Positions 1-11,030 of a stretch of DNA of 64,000 nt are shown piece after piece. The notes below the pieces were generated by a model. The model had not been told where the DNA came from, ran no database searches, and worked only from the letters and a program-made list of their open reading frames with translations. The translations under genes and the position numbers were made by a program. Source of the stretch: Octopus sinensis (Eukaryota); NCBI RefSeq assembly GCF_006345805.1, contig NC_043018.1, forward strand, positions 23,932,001 to 23,996,000, read 5' to 3'. Every line of letters starts with the position of its first letter. The first letter of the stretch is position 1.

Positions 1-262
1 CAATGCTAAAGACATCTAAATTAAATTTGAATTACAATTAAATTTAAATTCAATTGAAATAAATTCAATTTAAAATTATAGTCAATCTTCAGGTTAACGA
101 TAATAGTTAAATAAATAAGCAAATAGAGTTAAACAATATTTATTTTTAAAATAATAAAACAATAATTTTTCTTATAGAAAAAACTCCATTAACTAAATTT
201 GAAAGTTAAAACATTAGGATTATTTCCTACAACACATTTATTATGTTAAATATTTAATATTT

Positions 263-329
<67 letters not shown>

Positions 330-820
330 GAGAAAGAGAGGGTGGGTTAAAATAATCACCTTAAGGGATAGAAAATATCCAATCAAGTACTGGTTTGTTA
401 CCTATTATTTTGTTGTGAATAATAACATTCCAAAGATAATAGATTTAAATATAAATCTTGGTTTATAAATATTCAAATTAAAATCCAGAAAATGAAGTAG
501 TAGTGTTAATATAATCTATTAACAGCAAAAATTCAACATGTTCAATTACAGCTGTTTTGATTTTGCCCAAAAGAATTAAATTCCAGTAATTAAAACATTT
601 TATTGGGCAAAATCTCATCAGAGGAGTAAAAAAAAGACATATCGTTAGGTTACATGTTATTCTTCCAAAACATCTCAACAGACTGTCTGTTGGAAGTAAA
701 TAGATTGTAAGACACACTCTTGCCACACAATGTTGTTCATCTCTATTTCTTTTCAAAATTCTCTTCTTCAGAGTCAAAACACATATAAACAAAAGAGAGA
801 GAAAAAGATATAAAACTGAC

Positions 821-871
821 CTCTTGGCACAGATTCCATTCTATAACAGTCAACACTCCTCCGTTTGGACT
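821..871 (-). CDS. CASP8: Caspase exon entering the protease domain, 51 nt (xSKRRSVDCYRMESVPRG); gene continues beyond the left edge
   Basis: Acceptor ttttctctgtcttttaag| and donor |gtcagt. The Y-x-M-x-x-x-P-R-G motif is typical of the start of caspase p20 domains. The catalytic QACxG motif is not in the window, so active caspase versus cFLIP is unresolved. Confidence 0.75.
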
Positions 872-1388
872 CTTAAAAGACAGAGAAAACAGAAAATTGT
901 TTCATCATCATCATTATCATTATCCTCATCGTCAAACATCAGCTTTCCATGCTGGCATGGGTGGGAGGGTTTGACAGGTGCCGGTCAGGCAGAAGCCTGC
1001 ACCAGACTTTTGTGTCTGTTTTGGCAGGATTTTTACGGTTGGATGCCCTTCCTAACACCAACCACTCAGCAGAATGCATGTGTAGATATTTTTTAATATT
1101 TAATTTGAATGAGTCCAATACAATGTGGCCTCATAACTTACATACTCTTTGCTCTTTTACTCTTTTACTTGTTTCAGTCATTTGACTGCGGCCATGCTGG
1201 AGCACCGCCTTTAGTCGAGCAAATCGACCCTGGGACTTATTCTTTGTAAGCCCAGTACTTATTCTATCGGTCTCTTTTTGCCGAACCGCTAAGTGACGGG
1301 GACATGCTCACTTTTCATCTTTTCTCCCATCATCATCATGACAATACCTAATTCAAAACACCATGCAGTATTTATAAGTTAATGACAC

Positions 1389-1426
<38 letters not shown>

Positions 1427-1912
1427 CTTAAGGTCTGTTTTCCTTGCTGGTATGGGTTGGATGGCTTGTCAGGAGCTGCTAATGCCAGGAGCCACAGTTT
1501 TGGCTAGGTTTCTATGGCTGGATGCCCTTCCTAATGCCAACCACTTTATATATTCAAGAATTTGTAATGGACTATTAAGTCCAGTAATTGCAAGAACTGG
1601 GGTAAGAAGTTTAATACCTTGTTTTGTTTTTTGAAGAACAATGTTTTAGAGAAGCAGAAGATTGGCGGGCGTCTTCTGCTCCTTTTCGTTTATCATTTCA
1701 TCTCATTAATGCAATGTCCAGCCTGCAGCTACATCTGTGTAATGCCCTTGTGCAAATTATATGAATAAAAGTAGCTTGCTTACCAACCACATAGGTCCAG
1801 GTTCAGTCCCACTGCATGGCACCTTGGGCAAGTGTCCTCTACTAGAGCCTCGGGCCAACCAAAGCCTTGTGAGTGGATTTGGTAGACGGAAACTGAAAGA
1901 AGCTCGTCGTAT

Positions 1913-1943
<31 letters not shown>

Positions 1944-2939
1944 CATCATCATCATCATCGTTTAACGTCCGTTTTCCGTGCTAGCACGGGTTATATATAT
2001 ACATGTGTGTGTGTGTGTTTGTGTGTGTGTCGCTTGACAACTGATGTTGGTATGTTTACATCACCATAACTTAGCAGTTCGACAAAAGAGACCGATAGAA
2101 TAAGTACTAGGTTTGGCTTGCAATGAATAAGTCCTGGGGTCGTTTTGTTCAACTAAAAGGCAGTGCTCCAGCATGGCTGCAGTCAAATGACTGAAAGAAA
2201 TTATTAACTATTAGTGATACAACTGAAAACTTCCCATATCAGTGGTGCCTGCAAAAGCTGCAGAGGATGTAGGGCCTCGAGCAAACAAAACAACACAGAG
2301 TGGACTTACGAAAGTTAAAAAATGTAATTTAAGACGATGGACAAATATAAAATAAGAAAAGAGTAAAATATGGCCTTAGAGCCAAAAAGACAAGAATGGT
2401 AGGTAACGCTTAGAAGGAATCCTAAAGGATATAGGAAATAGCAAATAGCAAGAGAGAGAAATTTTTGCAACCAGATAGCTATGCAGCTGGTGTGAAAAAG
2501 GGAGAGAATGGAAGGAAAGCTGGCCACAGGTCATGTGGCAGCAGCAAGTAGAGGAGAAAGAGGACAAGAAAGAGGGAGAGAGAGAGAGAGAGAAAATAAA
2601 GGAAGGAATGAAGGTGGGGGAGGGAAAGGAGAAAGGCTACAAATACAAGTGAGAGGGCAACAGAGAGAAAAAAGGGTAAAGTGGACAGACTAGAAATAAG
2701 AGGGAAAGGGAGACAGAATGAAGGCAAAAGTAAATTCACACAGAATATATGTATAGACTTACTGTTAATAAAAGTGGGATGTGCATTGTATACCGTTACT
2801 GAATAAATGACAAAATGCATTGTAAATAAACAACAGATAAAAAACGTATACTTATACTAAGGATATAACCAGATGGGAAACAGACACAGAAGGCCCCTAA
2901 TTTTTCAACAGGTGTAAACCAAATGGTAATTCTCAGTTT

Positions 2940-3230
2940 TGCACCATTCGATGCCAGTGCCACCTTGACTGGCTTCTGTGCCGGTGGCACGTTAAAAGCA
3001 CCAACCGATCGTGGCCGCTGCCAGACTCCCCTGGCACCTGTGCCGGTGGCACGTAAAAAGCACCCACTACACTCGTAGAGTGGTTGGCGTAAGGAAGGGC
3101 ATCCAGCTGTAGAAACACTGCCAGATCAGACTGGAGCCTGGTGCAGCCTCCTGGCTTCCCAGACTCCGGTCGAACCGTCCAACCTGTGCTAGCGCAGAAA
3201 ACGGACGTTAAACGATGATGATGATGATGA
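2940..3230 (+). mobile_element. RTE-tail-type short repeat with (GAT)n tail (second abundant family)
   Basis: Core gagtggttggcgttaggaagggcatccagctgtagaaacactgccagatcagactggagcc ending in ggacgttaaacgatgatgat. Copies at ~905-1075, 1387-1545, 10890-11030, 21000-22080, 33725-34200, 39175-39470, 53120-53290 and 56060-56340. Confidence 0.75.
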
Positions 3231-3679
3231 TATAATAGGTGTAGGTGTGAGTCTGTGGCTAAGAGGTTTCCTTCTGAACCGCATGGTTTGGGGTTCAGCA
3301 CCGCGGCATGGCACTTTCGGTAAATGTCTTCTATTATAGCCTCAGGGCTTACCAAAGTGTTGTGAGAGAATTTGGTACACAGAAACAGTGAAATCCAGTC
3401 ATGTGTATGGAGGAGGGCATGTGGATGGGGGGGGGGGGTGTCTCCAAACTTGGAAATAGGTGAGATGATGAGAGGAAAGGCATCTGGTTGTAGAAAATCT
3501 GCCTCAATAAACTTCAGCCAACTCATGCAAGCATGGAAAATTGCATGTTAAAACGATGTTGATGATGTGTGTGAATGAACATATATATTATGCATACCAC
3601 ATGCATCATATACTTTATTAAAATACTTTATTTAGTTTAGAATTGTAAAAACACGAAATACAAAATAAATATTTCTCAC

Positions 3680-3724
3680 TTTCAGAACTTAAAGATTGTT
3701 GTGACTCCGGTTGTATCTTGGGGC
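3680..3724 (-). CDS. CASP8: Caspase linker microexon G, 45 nt (xPKIQPESQQSLSSE)
   Basis: ctaatatgcag| ... |gtgaga; phase 1-1 and open. Confidence 0.65.
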
Positions 3725-4995
3725 CTGCATATTAGAAGTATTCTATATTAGACAACATCATAGAGATTACAATACCAAAAAATACAGAGATAAAAAAATA
3801 TAAATGCAAATTAGAAAAAGAACAAAGAAAAGGAAAATAAAGAAAGTTTCTAGCAATGCAGAAAGTTCTACAAAAACCTTGATATTTCAGTTGCAAAGAC
3901 CCATACTAAGAAGGAAGATGAAATGACAAAAATTGATGTAAGTACACGTTTCTTGGACTACTTCCTTCTGAAGGTAGGCCTTTGTGTATGAAATATAAAG
4001 GTTTTTCTAAAACTTGCTGCATCGTTTGAAACTGTCTTTATTTTCCTTTTCTTTTTCTACTTCTGTACTACAATGCTTCAAGTGAATTACAACACTCTCA
4101 TAAATGAGAATGATTACTTGTTTTCAAGTGAGTACTTTATTCCAATAGACTAAGCATACTGAACTGCGCAACAGTATGAGATCCGTTGCTTATACGGTAC
4201 ATAAATAAGCATAACTGCTATGCATACGACATCAATTTAAAGGCACAAAGAGAAACGCTCATAGATAGATGTATGTATGTTCTCTTTTATTGTTTCAAGC
4301 CTTCTTGCAAGGCAGTAACTGGTTTCTAACAAAGATATGTGTGTGTGTGTGTTTGTGTGTGTGTATCACCTCATTATGATATTGCATGATTGTTGCAAAT
4401 GAATACAATTCATTCTCAATATTCTGCAAAAACATGTCTAATCACGGGAGAAAATTACCTTGCTTGGAAACAGATAAGGGTCGGTCACTAGAAGGGCATC
4501 TGGTTGTTGAAAATCTGATTCAATAAACTTCACCCAACCCATGCAAGCATGGAAAAATAAAAGACACCTTTCAGTCGTGAATAATCATGAGATTGCACCT
4601 AGAAAGTTCCCCTCCAAGGCACATGTCAGGGCAAGGTTGTTTATGGAAGACCAGCAGTCACCCATGCATAACAGACTCCCCTCTCTACAGCACTGGCCAA
4701 TGTTATCCAAGGGAAAGGAAATGGCTGATACACCTTGGCACCAGTGACATTGCAACTCATTTCTACAGCAGAGTAAACTGGAGCAACATGAAATAAAGTG
4801 TGTTGCTCAAGAGCAAAACACACAGCCCAGTCCAGGAATTGAACTTGCTACCTATTGATTGTAAGTCCAATGCTCTAACCACTGAGCCAGGAATATTTAT
4901 ATATCATGCATACAACATGCATTATCTAATTTATTTTAAAATTTTATCAAGTTAGAAAAGAAAAAGCACAAAATTCAAAATAAATAGATTCTGAC

Positions 4996-5049
4996 CAATG
5001 CATGTGAGAATACTCAGAGATTCTTGGGAAGGCAGTATTGTTGCTTCAC
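4996..5049 (-). CDS. CASP8: Caspase linker microexon F, 54 nt (xEATILPSQESLSILTCI)
   Basis: ctaatatgcag| ... |gtcaga; phase 1-1 and open. Confidence 0.55.
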
Positions 5050-5078
5050 CTGCATATTAGAGGTGTGTGTGTGTGTGT

Positions 5079-5123
<45 letters not shown>

Positions 5124-5405
5124 CCTTGTCATATTACATGATTGCTGTAAATGAATATCATTCATTTCCAATATTCTGCAAAGGCAAGTCTAACCATGGG
5201 GGAAAATTACCTTGCTTGGATGCAGGTAGGGGCTGATGACTAGAAGGGCATCTGGTTCGAGAAAATCAGCCTAAGTAAACTGGTGTGTGCGGGCGAACAT
5301 AAAGATTCCTATATTATGCATACCACATGCATCATATACTTTATTAAAATATTTTATGTAGCTTAAAATTGTAAAAACACGAAATACAAAATAAATATTC
5401 CTCAC

Positions 5406-5444
5406 TTTCAATTAGTGGTTGCGCCTTCACTGATACCTCTGGGC
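5406..5444 (-). CDS. CASP8: Caspase linker microexon E, 39 nt (xPEVSVKAQPLIE)
   Basis: ctaatatgcag| ... |gtgagg; phase 1-1 and open. Confidence 0.65.
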
Positions 5445-5659
5445 CTGCATATTAGAAGTATTCTATATTAGACAACATCATAGAGATTACAATACCAAAA
5501 AATACAGAGATGAAAAAATATAAATGCAAATTAGAAAAAGAAAAAAGAAAAGGAAAATAAAGAAAGCTTCTAACAATGCAGAAAGTTCTACAAAAACCTT
5601 TATATTTCAGTTGCAAAGACCCATACTAAGAAGGAAGATAAAATGACAAAAATTGATGT

Positions 5660-6076
5660 TGTAACAGGATCTGGTATCGGTATCACTGAAAGGGTGTCGA
5701 TCCGATCCCGTCACATACAATTTAGTTAGATATAACAGACGAATTCAGGTTATCGGTGAAAGACAGCAGTGTTGTTTATTATTCGTGATGGTGTACGTAT
5801 ATCTGATGGGAAAACGACAGCCAAATCTGTTGTACAGCTTCTTGTTCGTTGGTTGAAGTGGTTCGATGTCATCCGCGGCTGAGTCGGTGTGGTTATCAGA
5901 GACTACCAATGCACGTCTGTTTACGATGGCTGAAATGCCCAGAGAAGATGAATGAGTCTGTGTGCCTTAGGGGGTCAGTTTCCCGCACATGCGCATGGGG
6001 AAGACTTCCGGTGGCCACCCGGAAGTAGTCCCATTCTGCGCATGCGCGCTGAACCTTACACAGTAGCATCACTACA
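5660..6076 (-). mobile_element. Solo LTR (417 bp), Gypsy-like
   Basis: TGTA...TACA termini and a 4-bp TSD ATGT (5656-5659 / 6077-6080). Absent from the sister units (empty site ttgatgtaaatac). Carries NRF1-like GCGCATGCGC and ETS-like CCGGAAGT motifs at the right end and a minus-strand AATAAA at 5775-5780. Confidence 0.9.
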
Positions 6077-6829
6077 ATGTAAATACACATTTCTTGGACT
6101 ACTTCCCTCTGAAGGCAGGCCTTTGAGCCTGAAATATAAAGGTTTTTCTAAAACTTGCTGCATCGTTTGAAACTGTCTTTATTTTCCTTTTCTTTTTCTA
6201 CTTCTGTACTACAATGCTTCAAGTGAACTACAACACTCTCATAAATGAGAATGATTACTTGTTTTCAAGTGAGTACTTTATCCCAATAGACTAAGCATAC
6301 TGAACTGCGCAACAGTATGAGATCTGTTGTTTATACGGTACATAATTAAGCATAACTGCTATGCATATGACATCAGTTTAAAGGCACAAAGAGAAACGCT
6401 CATACATAGATGTATGTATGTTCTCTTTTATTTTCAGTTGTTTCAAGCCTTCCTGCAAGGCAGTAACTGGTTTCTGACAAAGATATGTGTGTGTGACCTT
6501 GTCATGATATTGCATGATTGTTGTTAAATGAATACCATTCATTCCCAATATTCTGCAAAAACATGTCTAACCACGTGGGAAAATTACCTTCCTTGGATTC
6601 AGGTAAGGGTTGATGGCTAGAAGGGCATCTGGTTGTAGAAAATCTGCCTCAGTAAACTTCATCCAATGAAAAATTGCATGTTAAAATGATGTTGATGACA
6701 CTGATGATGTGTATGAATGAACTTAAAGATTCATATATTATACATTCTACATGCCTTATATATTTTATTAAAATATTTCATTTAGATTAGAAAAGTAAAA
6801 ACATGAAATACAAAATAAATATTTCTCAC

Positions 6830-6874
6830 TTGAAGGTGTTGCAGATATTTGGGTCTCCAGTATTCCCATTCTGT
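6830..6874 (-). CDS. CASP8: Caspase linker microexon D, 45 nt (xRMGILETQISATPS)
   Basis: ctaatatacag| ... |gtgaga; lies 998 bp from the identical exon C. Confidence 0.65.
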
Positions 6875-7827
6875 CTGTATATTAGAGATATTCGTATTAG
6901 ACAGCATCATAGAGATTACAATACCAAAAAATACAGAGATAAAAAATATAAATGCAAATTAGAAAAAGAAAAAGAAAAGGAAAATAAAGAAAGTTTCTAG
7001 CAATGCAGAAAGTTCTACAAAAACCTTGATATTTCAGTTGCAAAGACCCATACTAAGAAGGAAGATAAAATGACGAAATTGATGTAAATACACATTTCTT
7101 GGACTACTTCCTTCTGAAGGTAGGCCTTTGAGCCTGAAATATAAAGGTTTTTCTAAAACTTGCTGCATCATTTGAAACTGTCTTTATTTTCCTTTTCTTT
7201 TTCTACTTCTGTACTACAATGCTTCAAGTGAACTACAACACTCTCATAAATGACAATGATTACTTGTTTTCAAGTGAGTACTTTATTGCAATGGACTCTG
7301 CATACTGAACTGTGCAACAGTATGAGATCCGTTGTTTATACGGTAGATAAATAAGCATAACTGCTATGCATATGACATCAGTTTAAAGGTACAAAGAGAA
7401 ATGCTCATAGATAGATGTATGTATGTTCTCTTTTATTGTTTCAAGCCTTCCTACAAGGCAGTAACTGGTTTCTAACAAAGATATGTGTGTGTGACCTTGT
7501 CATGATATTGCATGATTGTTGTTAAATGAATACCATTCATTCCCAATATTCTGCAAAAACATGTCTAACCACGTGGGAAAATTACCTTCCTTGGATTCAG
7601 GTAAGGGTTGATGACTAGAAGGACATCTGGTTGTAGAAAATCTGCCTCAGTAAACTTCATCCAATGAAAAATTGCATGTTAAAATGATGTTGATGACACT
7701 GATGATGTGTATGAATGAACTTAAAGATTCATATATTATACATTCTACATGCCTTATATATTTTATTAAAATATTTCATTTAGATTAGAAAAGTAAAAAC
7801 ATGAAATACAAAATAAATATTTCTCAC

Positions 7828-7872
7828 TTGAAGGTGTTGCAGATATTTGGGTCTCCAGTATTCCCATTCTGT
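7828..7872 (-). CDS. CASP8: Caspase linker microexon C, 45 nt (xRMGILETQISATPS)
   Basis: ctaatatacag| ... |gtgaga; phase 1-1 and open; identical to exon D. Confidence 0.65.
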
Positions 7873-8204
7873 CTGTATATTAGAGGTATTCGTATTAGAC
7901 AGCATCATAGAGATTACAATACCAAAAAATACAGAGATAAAAAATATAAATGCAAATTAGAAAAAGAAAAAGAAAAGGAAAATAAAAAAAGTTTCTAGCA
8001 ATGCAGAAAGTTCTACAAAAACCTTGATATTTCAGTTGCAAAGACCCATACTAAGAAGGAAGATAAAATGACGAAATTGATGTAAATACACATTTCTTGG
8101 ACTACTTCCCTCTGAAGGCAGGCCTCTGAGCCTGAAATATAGAGGTTTTTCTAAAACTTGCTGCATTATTATGAACTTGAAATACAAAATAAATAAATTC
8201 TCAC

Positions 8205-8654
8205 ATAGGCGCAGGAGTGGCTGTGTGGTAAGTAGCTTGTCTACAAACCACATGGTTCCGGGTTCAGTCCCACTGCGTGACATCTTGGGCAAGTGTCTTC
8301 TGCTATAGCCCCGGGCCAACCAAGCCTTGTGAGTGGATTTGGTAGACGGAAACTGAAAGAAGCCTGTCGTGTATATGTATATATATGTATGTGTGTGTGT
8401 TTGTGTGTCTGTGTTTGTCCCCCTAGCATTGCTTGACAACCGATGCTGGTGTGTTTACGTCCCCGTCACTTAGCGGTTCGGCAAAAGAGACTGATAGAAT
8501 AAGTACTGGGCTTACAAAGAATAAGACCCGGGGTCGATTTGCTCGACTAAAGGCGGTGCTCCAGCATGGCCGCAGTCAAATGACTGAAACAAGTAAAAGA
8601 GTAAAGAGTAAAAAGAGTATGTAATACTCGAAAAGTGCAGTATTGGTGCTTCCC
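8205..8654 (-). pseudogene. Linker microexon B (GEAPILHFSSIT...) split from its gtgaga donor by a SINE at ~8206-8616
   Basis: Same ttaatatgcag| acceptor as the sister exons at 8655 and homology to exon F. The gtgaga donor lies at 8204 on the far side of the SINE. Confidence 0.55.
8206..8616 (+). mobile_element. Octopus tRNA-derived SINE (dominant family), full length
   Basis: A-box-like GTGGCTGTGTGG, B-box-like GGTTCAGTCCC, central (TA)n/(TG)n and tail ccagcatggccgcagtcaaatgactgaaacaagtaaaagag. Confidence 0.9.
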
Positions 8655-9025
8655 CTGCATATTAAAGGTATGTGTCTTCTTGTCATGAAATAACATGATT
8701 GTTGTAAGAGAATATAATTCATTTCCAATATTCTGCAAAAATATGTCTAGCCATGGGGAAAAATTACCTTACTTGGGAACAGATAAGGATTGATGACAGG
8801 AAGAGCATCTGCCTCAATAAACTTCAGCCTCAATAAAATTTGCTTCAATAAACTTCAGCCAACCCATGCAAGCATGGAAAATTGCATGTTAGAGCGATGT
8901 TGATGATGTGTGTGAATGAACATAAAGATTCATATATTATGCATACCACAGGCATTATATATTTTATCAAAATATTTTATTTAGCTTAGAAAAGTAAAAA
9001 CATGAAATACAAAATAGATTCTCAC

Positions 9026-9070
9026 ATTCACGGCATGAAGATTCTTCGGAAGGCGAGCATCTTCTTGGGC
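9026..9070 (-). CDS. CASP8: Caspase linker microexon A, 45 nt (GPRRCSPSEESSCRE)
   Basis: ctaatatgcag| ... |gtgaga; phase 1-1 and open. Confidence 0.65.
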
Positions 9071-9192
9071 CTGCATATTAGAGAAATTCTATATTAGACA
9101 ACATCATAGCGATCACAATACCAAAAAATACAGAGATAAAAAAATATAAATGCAAATTAGAAAAAGAAAAAGAAAAGGAAAATAAAGAAATA

Positions 9193-9361
9193 TAGGCGCA
9201 GGAGTGGCTGTGTGGCAAGTAGCTCGCTAACCAACCACATGGTTCCGGGTTCAGTCCCACTGTGTGGCACCTTGGGCAAGTATCTTCTACTATAGCCTCG
9301 GGCCGACCAAAGCCTTGTGAGTGGATTTGGTAGACGGAAACTGAAAGAAGCCCGTTGTGTG

Positions 9362-9434
<73 letters not shown>

Positions 9435-9646
9435 TCGTGTGTCTGTGTTTGTCCCCCTAGCATTGCTTGACAACCGATGCTGGTGTGTTTATGTCCCCAT
9501 TACTTAACGGTTCGGCAAAAGAGACCGATAGAATAAGTACTGGGCTTACAAAAGAATAAGTCCTGGGGTCGAGTTGCTCGATTAAAGGCGGTGCTCCAGC
9601 ATGGCCGCAGTCAAATGACTGAAACAAGTAAAAGAGAGTAAAAGAG
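9193..9646 (+). mobile_element. Octopus tRNA-derived SINE, full length; truncates the last 1-kb unit
   Basis: Same family as 8206-8616. Other copies or fragments lie at ~1134-1305(-), 1780-2197(+), 13893-14020(-), 14879-15030(+), 32100-32330(-), 36381-37010(+, split), 38345-38690(-), 48850-49070(-), 58500-58875 and 61315-61470. Confidence 0.9.
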
Positions 9647-9863
9647 AATGTATCAGTGTGGGTGATAACCCTATGAACACTTGCTGTAAGGGGTGTCCAT
9701 CATTACCACACCTGTGCAAAAGAGTGTAGATCCCTCACAGGATTAAAAGGTTACATCTGTACTGCTTATGTATCAGAGAACAATCAAGAGATGGCGTCGA
9801 TTAATCAGTTGCAGCGATCATGTATGCATATATTTGAGAGCAATTAAAGTAGTGAGTACAGCT

Positions 9864-10090
9864 TTAACCCTTTAGTATTTAAACCGGCCATATCCGGCCA
9901 AAATAGCTAATCTGTTTTATGTTCAAACTGACCAGATCCAAGCTCTCACACCTACCCTACAATGTTATTCTACATTAAGTAATTACACCATCAAGATCTT
10001 GAAGATATGAGATAATGCATGATTAATTCAAATCAATGGGAATCAATAAGCATTATGTTTGATAGAATAATCTGAACACTAAAGGGTTAA
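9864..10090. mobile_element. piggyBac-type MITE (TTAA|CCC...GGG|TTAA)
   Basis: TTAA at both ends with CCCTTT/AAAGGG termini. Related copies at ~15931-16160, 16614-16840 and 16861-17089. Confidence 0.7.
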
Positions 10091-10663
10091 GGGTAGTGAG
10101 TACTGTTTACACTTACAGTGTACAAGGGAACTCTTTCTGTGCTGATGCTATGGCAAAAGCTCCCCCAACCCACCCTTTACAGTAACTGGTAAACATGCAG
10201 AGAAGTAGGATTGAAAGGTTCCTTAAGTCCTGTCCAACCAAGGACTTGACAACCTCTCTAATGCTTGTACCATGTAAAAATGTTTTTTTAACCCTTTCAA
10301 CACCAACCCAGCTGCAACTGCCTCTGGCTCTCTAGTACAAATGTCTTGTTTTCATAAGTTTTGAATTAAAATCTTGTACCAAACCTAAGTCACAGTTTAT
10401 GTTTCTAACACTTGCTTATTGATAACTTAGTTATTCTACTAAATTCTCTGTTATATTTAAAATTAATTGAAAGAAATTAAGTTAAACTAATATTCACATG
10501 CTATTATCTATAGCTTTATTTGATCCAAGGTAAACCATTCCAAAACAAAAAAAGAAAAAATAAGAGTTATTTCATGCTCCCTCGAAATTTCTAAATTCTT
10601 CTTTCCAATAACTGAAACATATGGAAGATAGATAACATATCAAAGCATAAAACAATTCCTCAC

Positions 10664-10726
10664 CTTCTCTCCCACAACTTTCTGGAATGGGCCCTCTTCT
10701 CTGTTCAACTGGAGGTCGACAGTATT
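10664..10726 (-). CDS. CASP8: Caspase linker exon, 63 nt, phase 1-1 (EYCRPPVEQRRGPIPESCGRE)
   Basis: Acceptor ttttccttttatatag| and donor |gtgagg; multiple of 3 and stop-free in the DED2 frame. Confidence 0.7.
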
Positions 10727-11030
10727 CTATATAAAAGGAAAACAATTTTAAAGTAACATTTATTGATTGAAAAGATTTTGTGTAACAAAAACACCTGATT
10801 CTTGTATTTTATATTTTCATCTTTTATTTTAACATCACATAACATAGTTAGAATCTTGTTTTTATATTTTCTTTATTTAATGTTCATTTTACATGCTGAC
10901 ATGGACTGGAGAGTTTGACAGGAACTGGCAAGGACAGGGGTTACACCAGGTCTCATTGTCTGTTCTGGCATGGACGCTACGTCTGGATGCCCTTCCTAAT
11001 GCCAACCACTTTACAGAGTGTACCGGATGC

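Larger units (their letters stand above)
3560..9190. repeat. Tandem ~1-kb exon-bearing duplications (about 4.3 units: ~3560-4540, ~5290-6720, ~6720-7718, ~7718-8930, partial ~8930-9190)
   Basis: The block gacaacatcatagagattacaataccaaaaaatacagagat...ttagaaaaag recurs at ~3751, ~5471, ~6900, ~7898 and ~9098. Two units are nearly identical with a 998-bp period. Confidence 0.95.

Noticed and set aside
478-792. 104-aa minus-strand ORF next to the caspase exon
   Set aside because: No caspase p20 motif (GxCLIINN) in any frame and no suitable splice sites; treated as intron.
2215-2275. Possible extra linker microexon (GPTSSAAFAGTTDMGS...)
   Set aside because: Acceptor-like site is present, but there is no convincing phase-1 GT donor before the stop.
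7085-7135. Exon-like relic modules inside the 1-kb units (also ~3945-3985, ~4290-4330, ~6090-6135, ~8090-8135)
   Set aside because: They resemble the microexons, but donors are weak (GTGTAT) or missing and phases are not symmetric; probably decayed copies.
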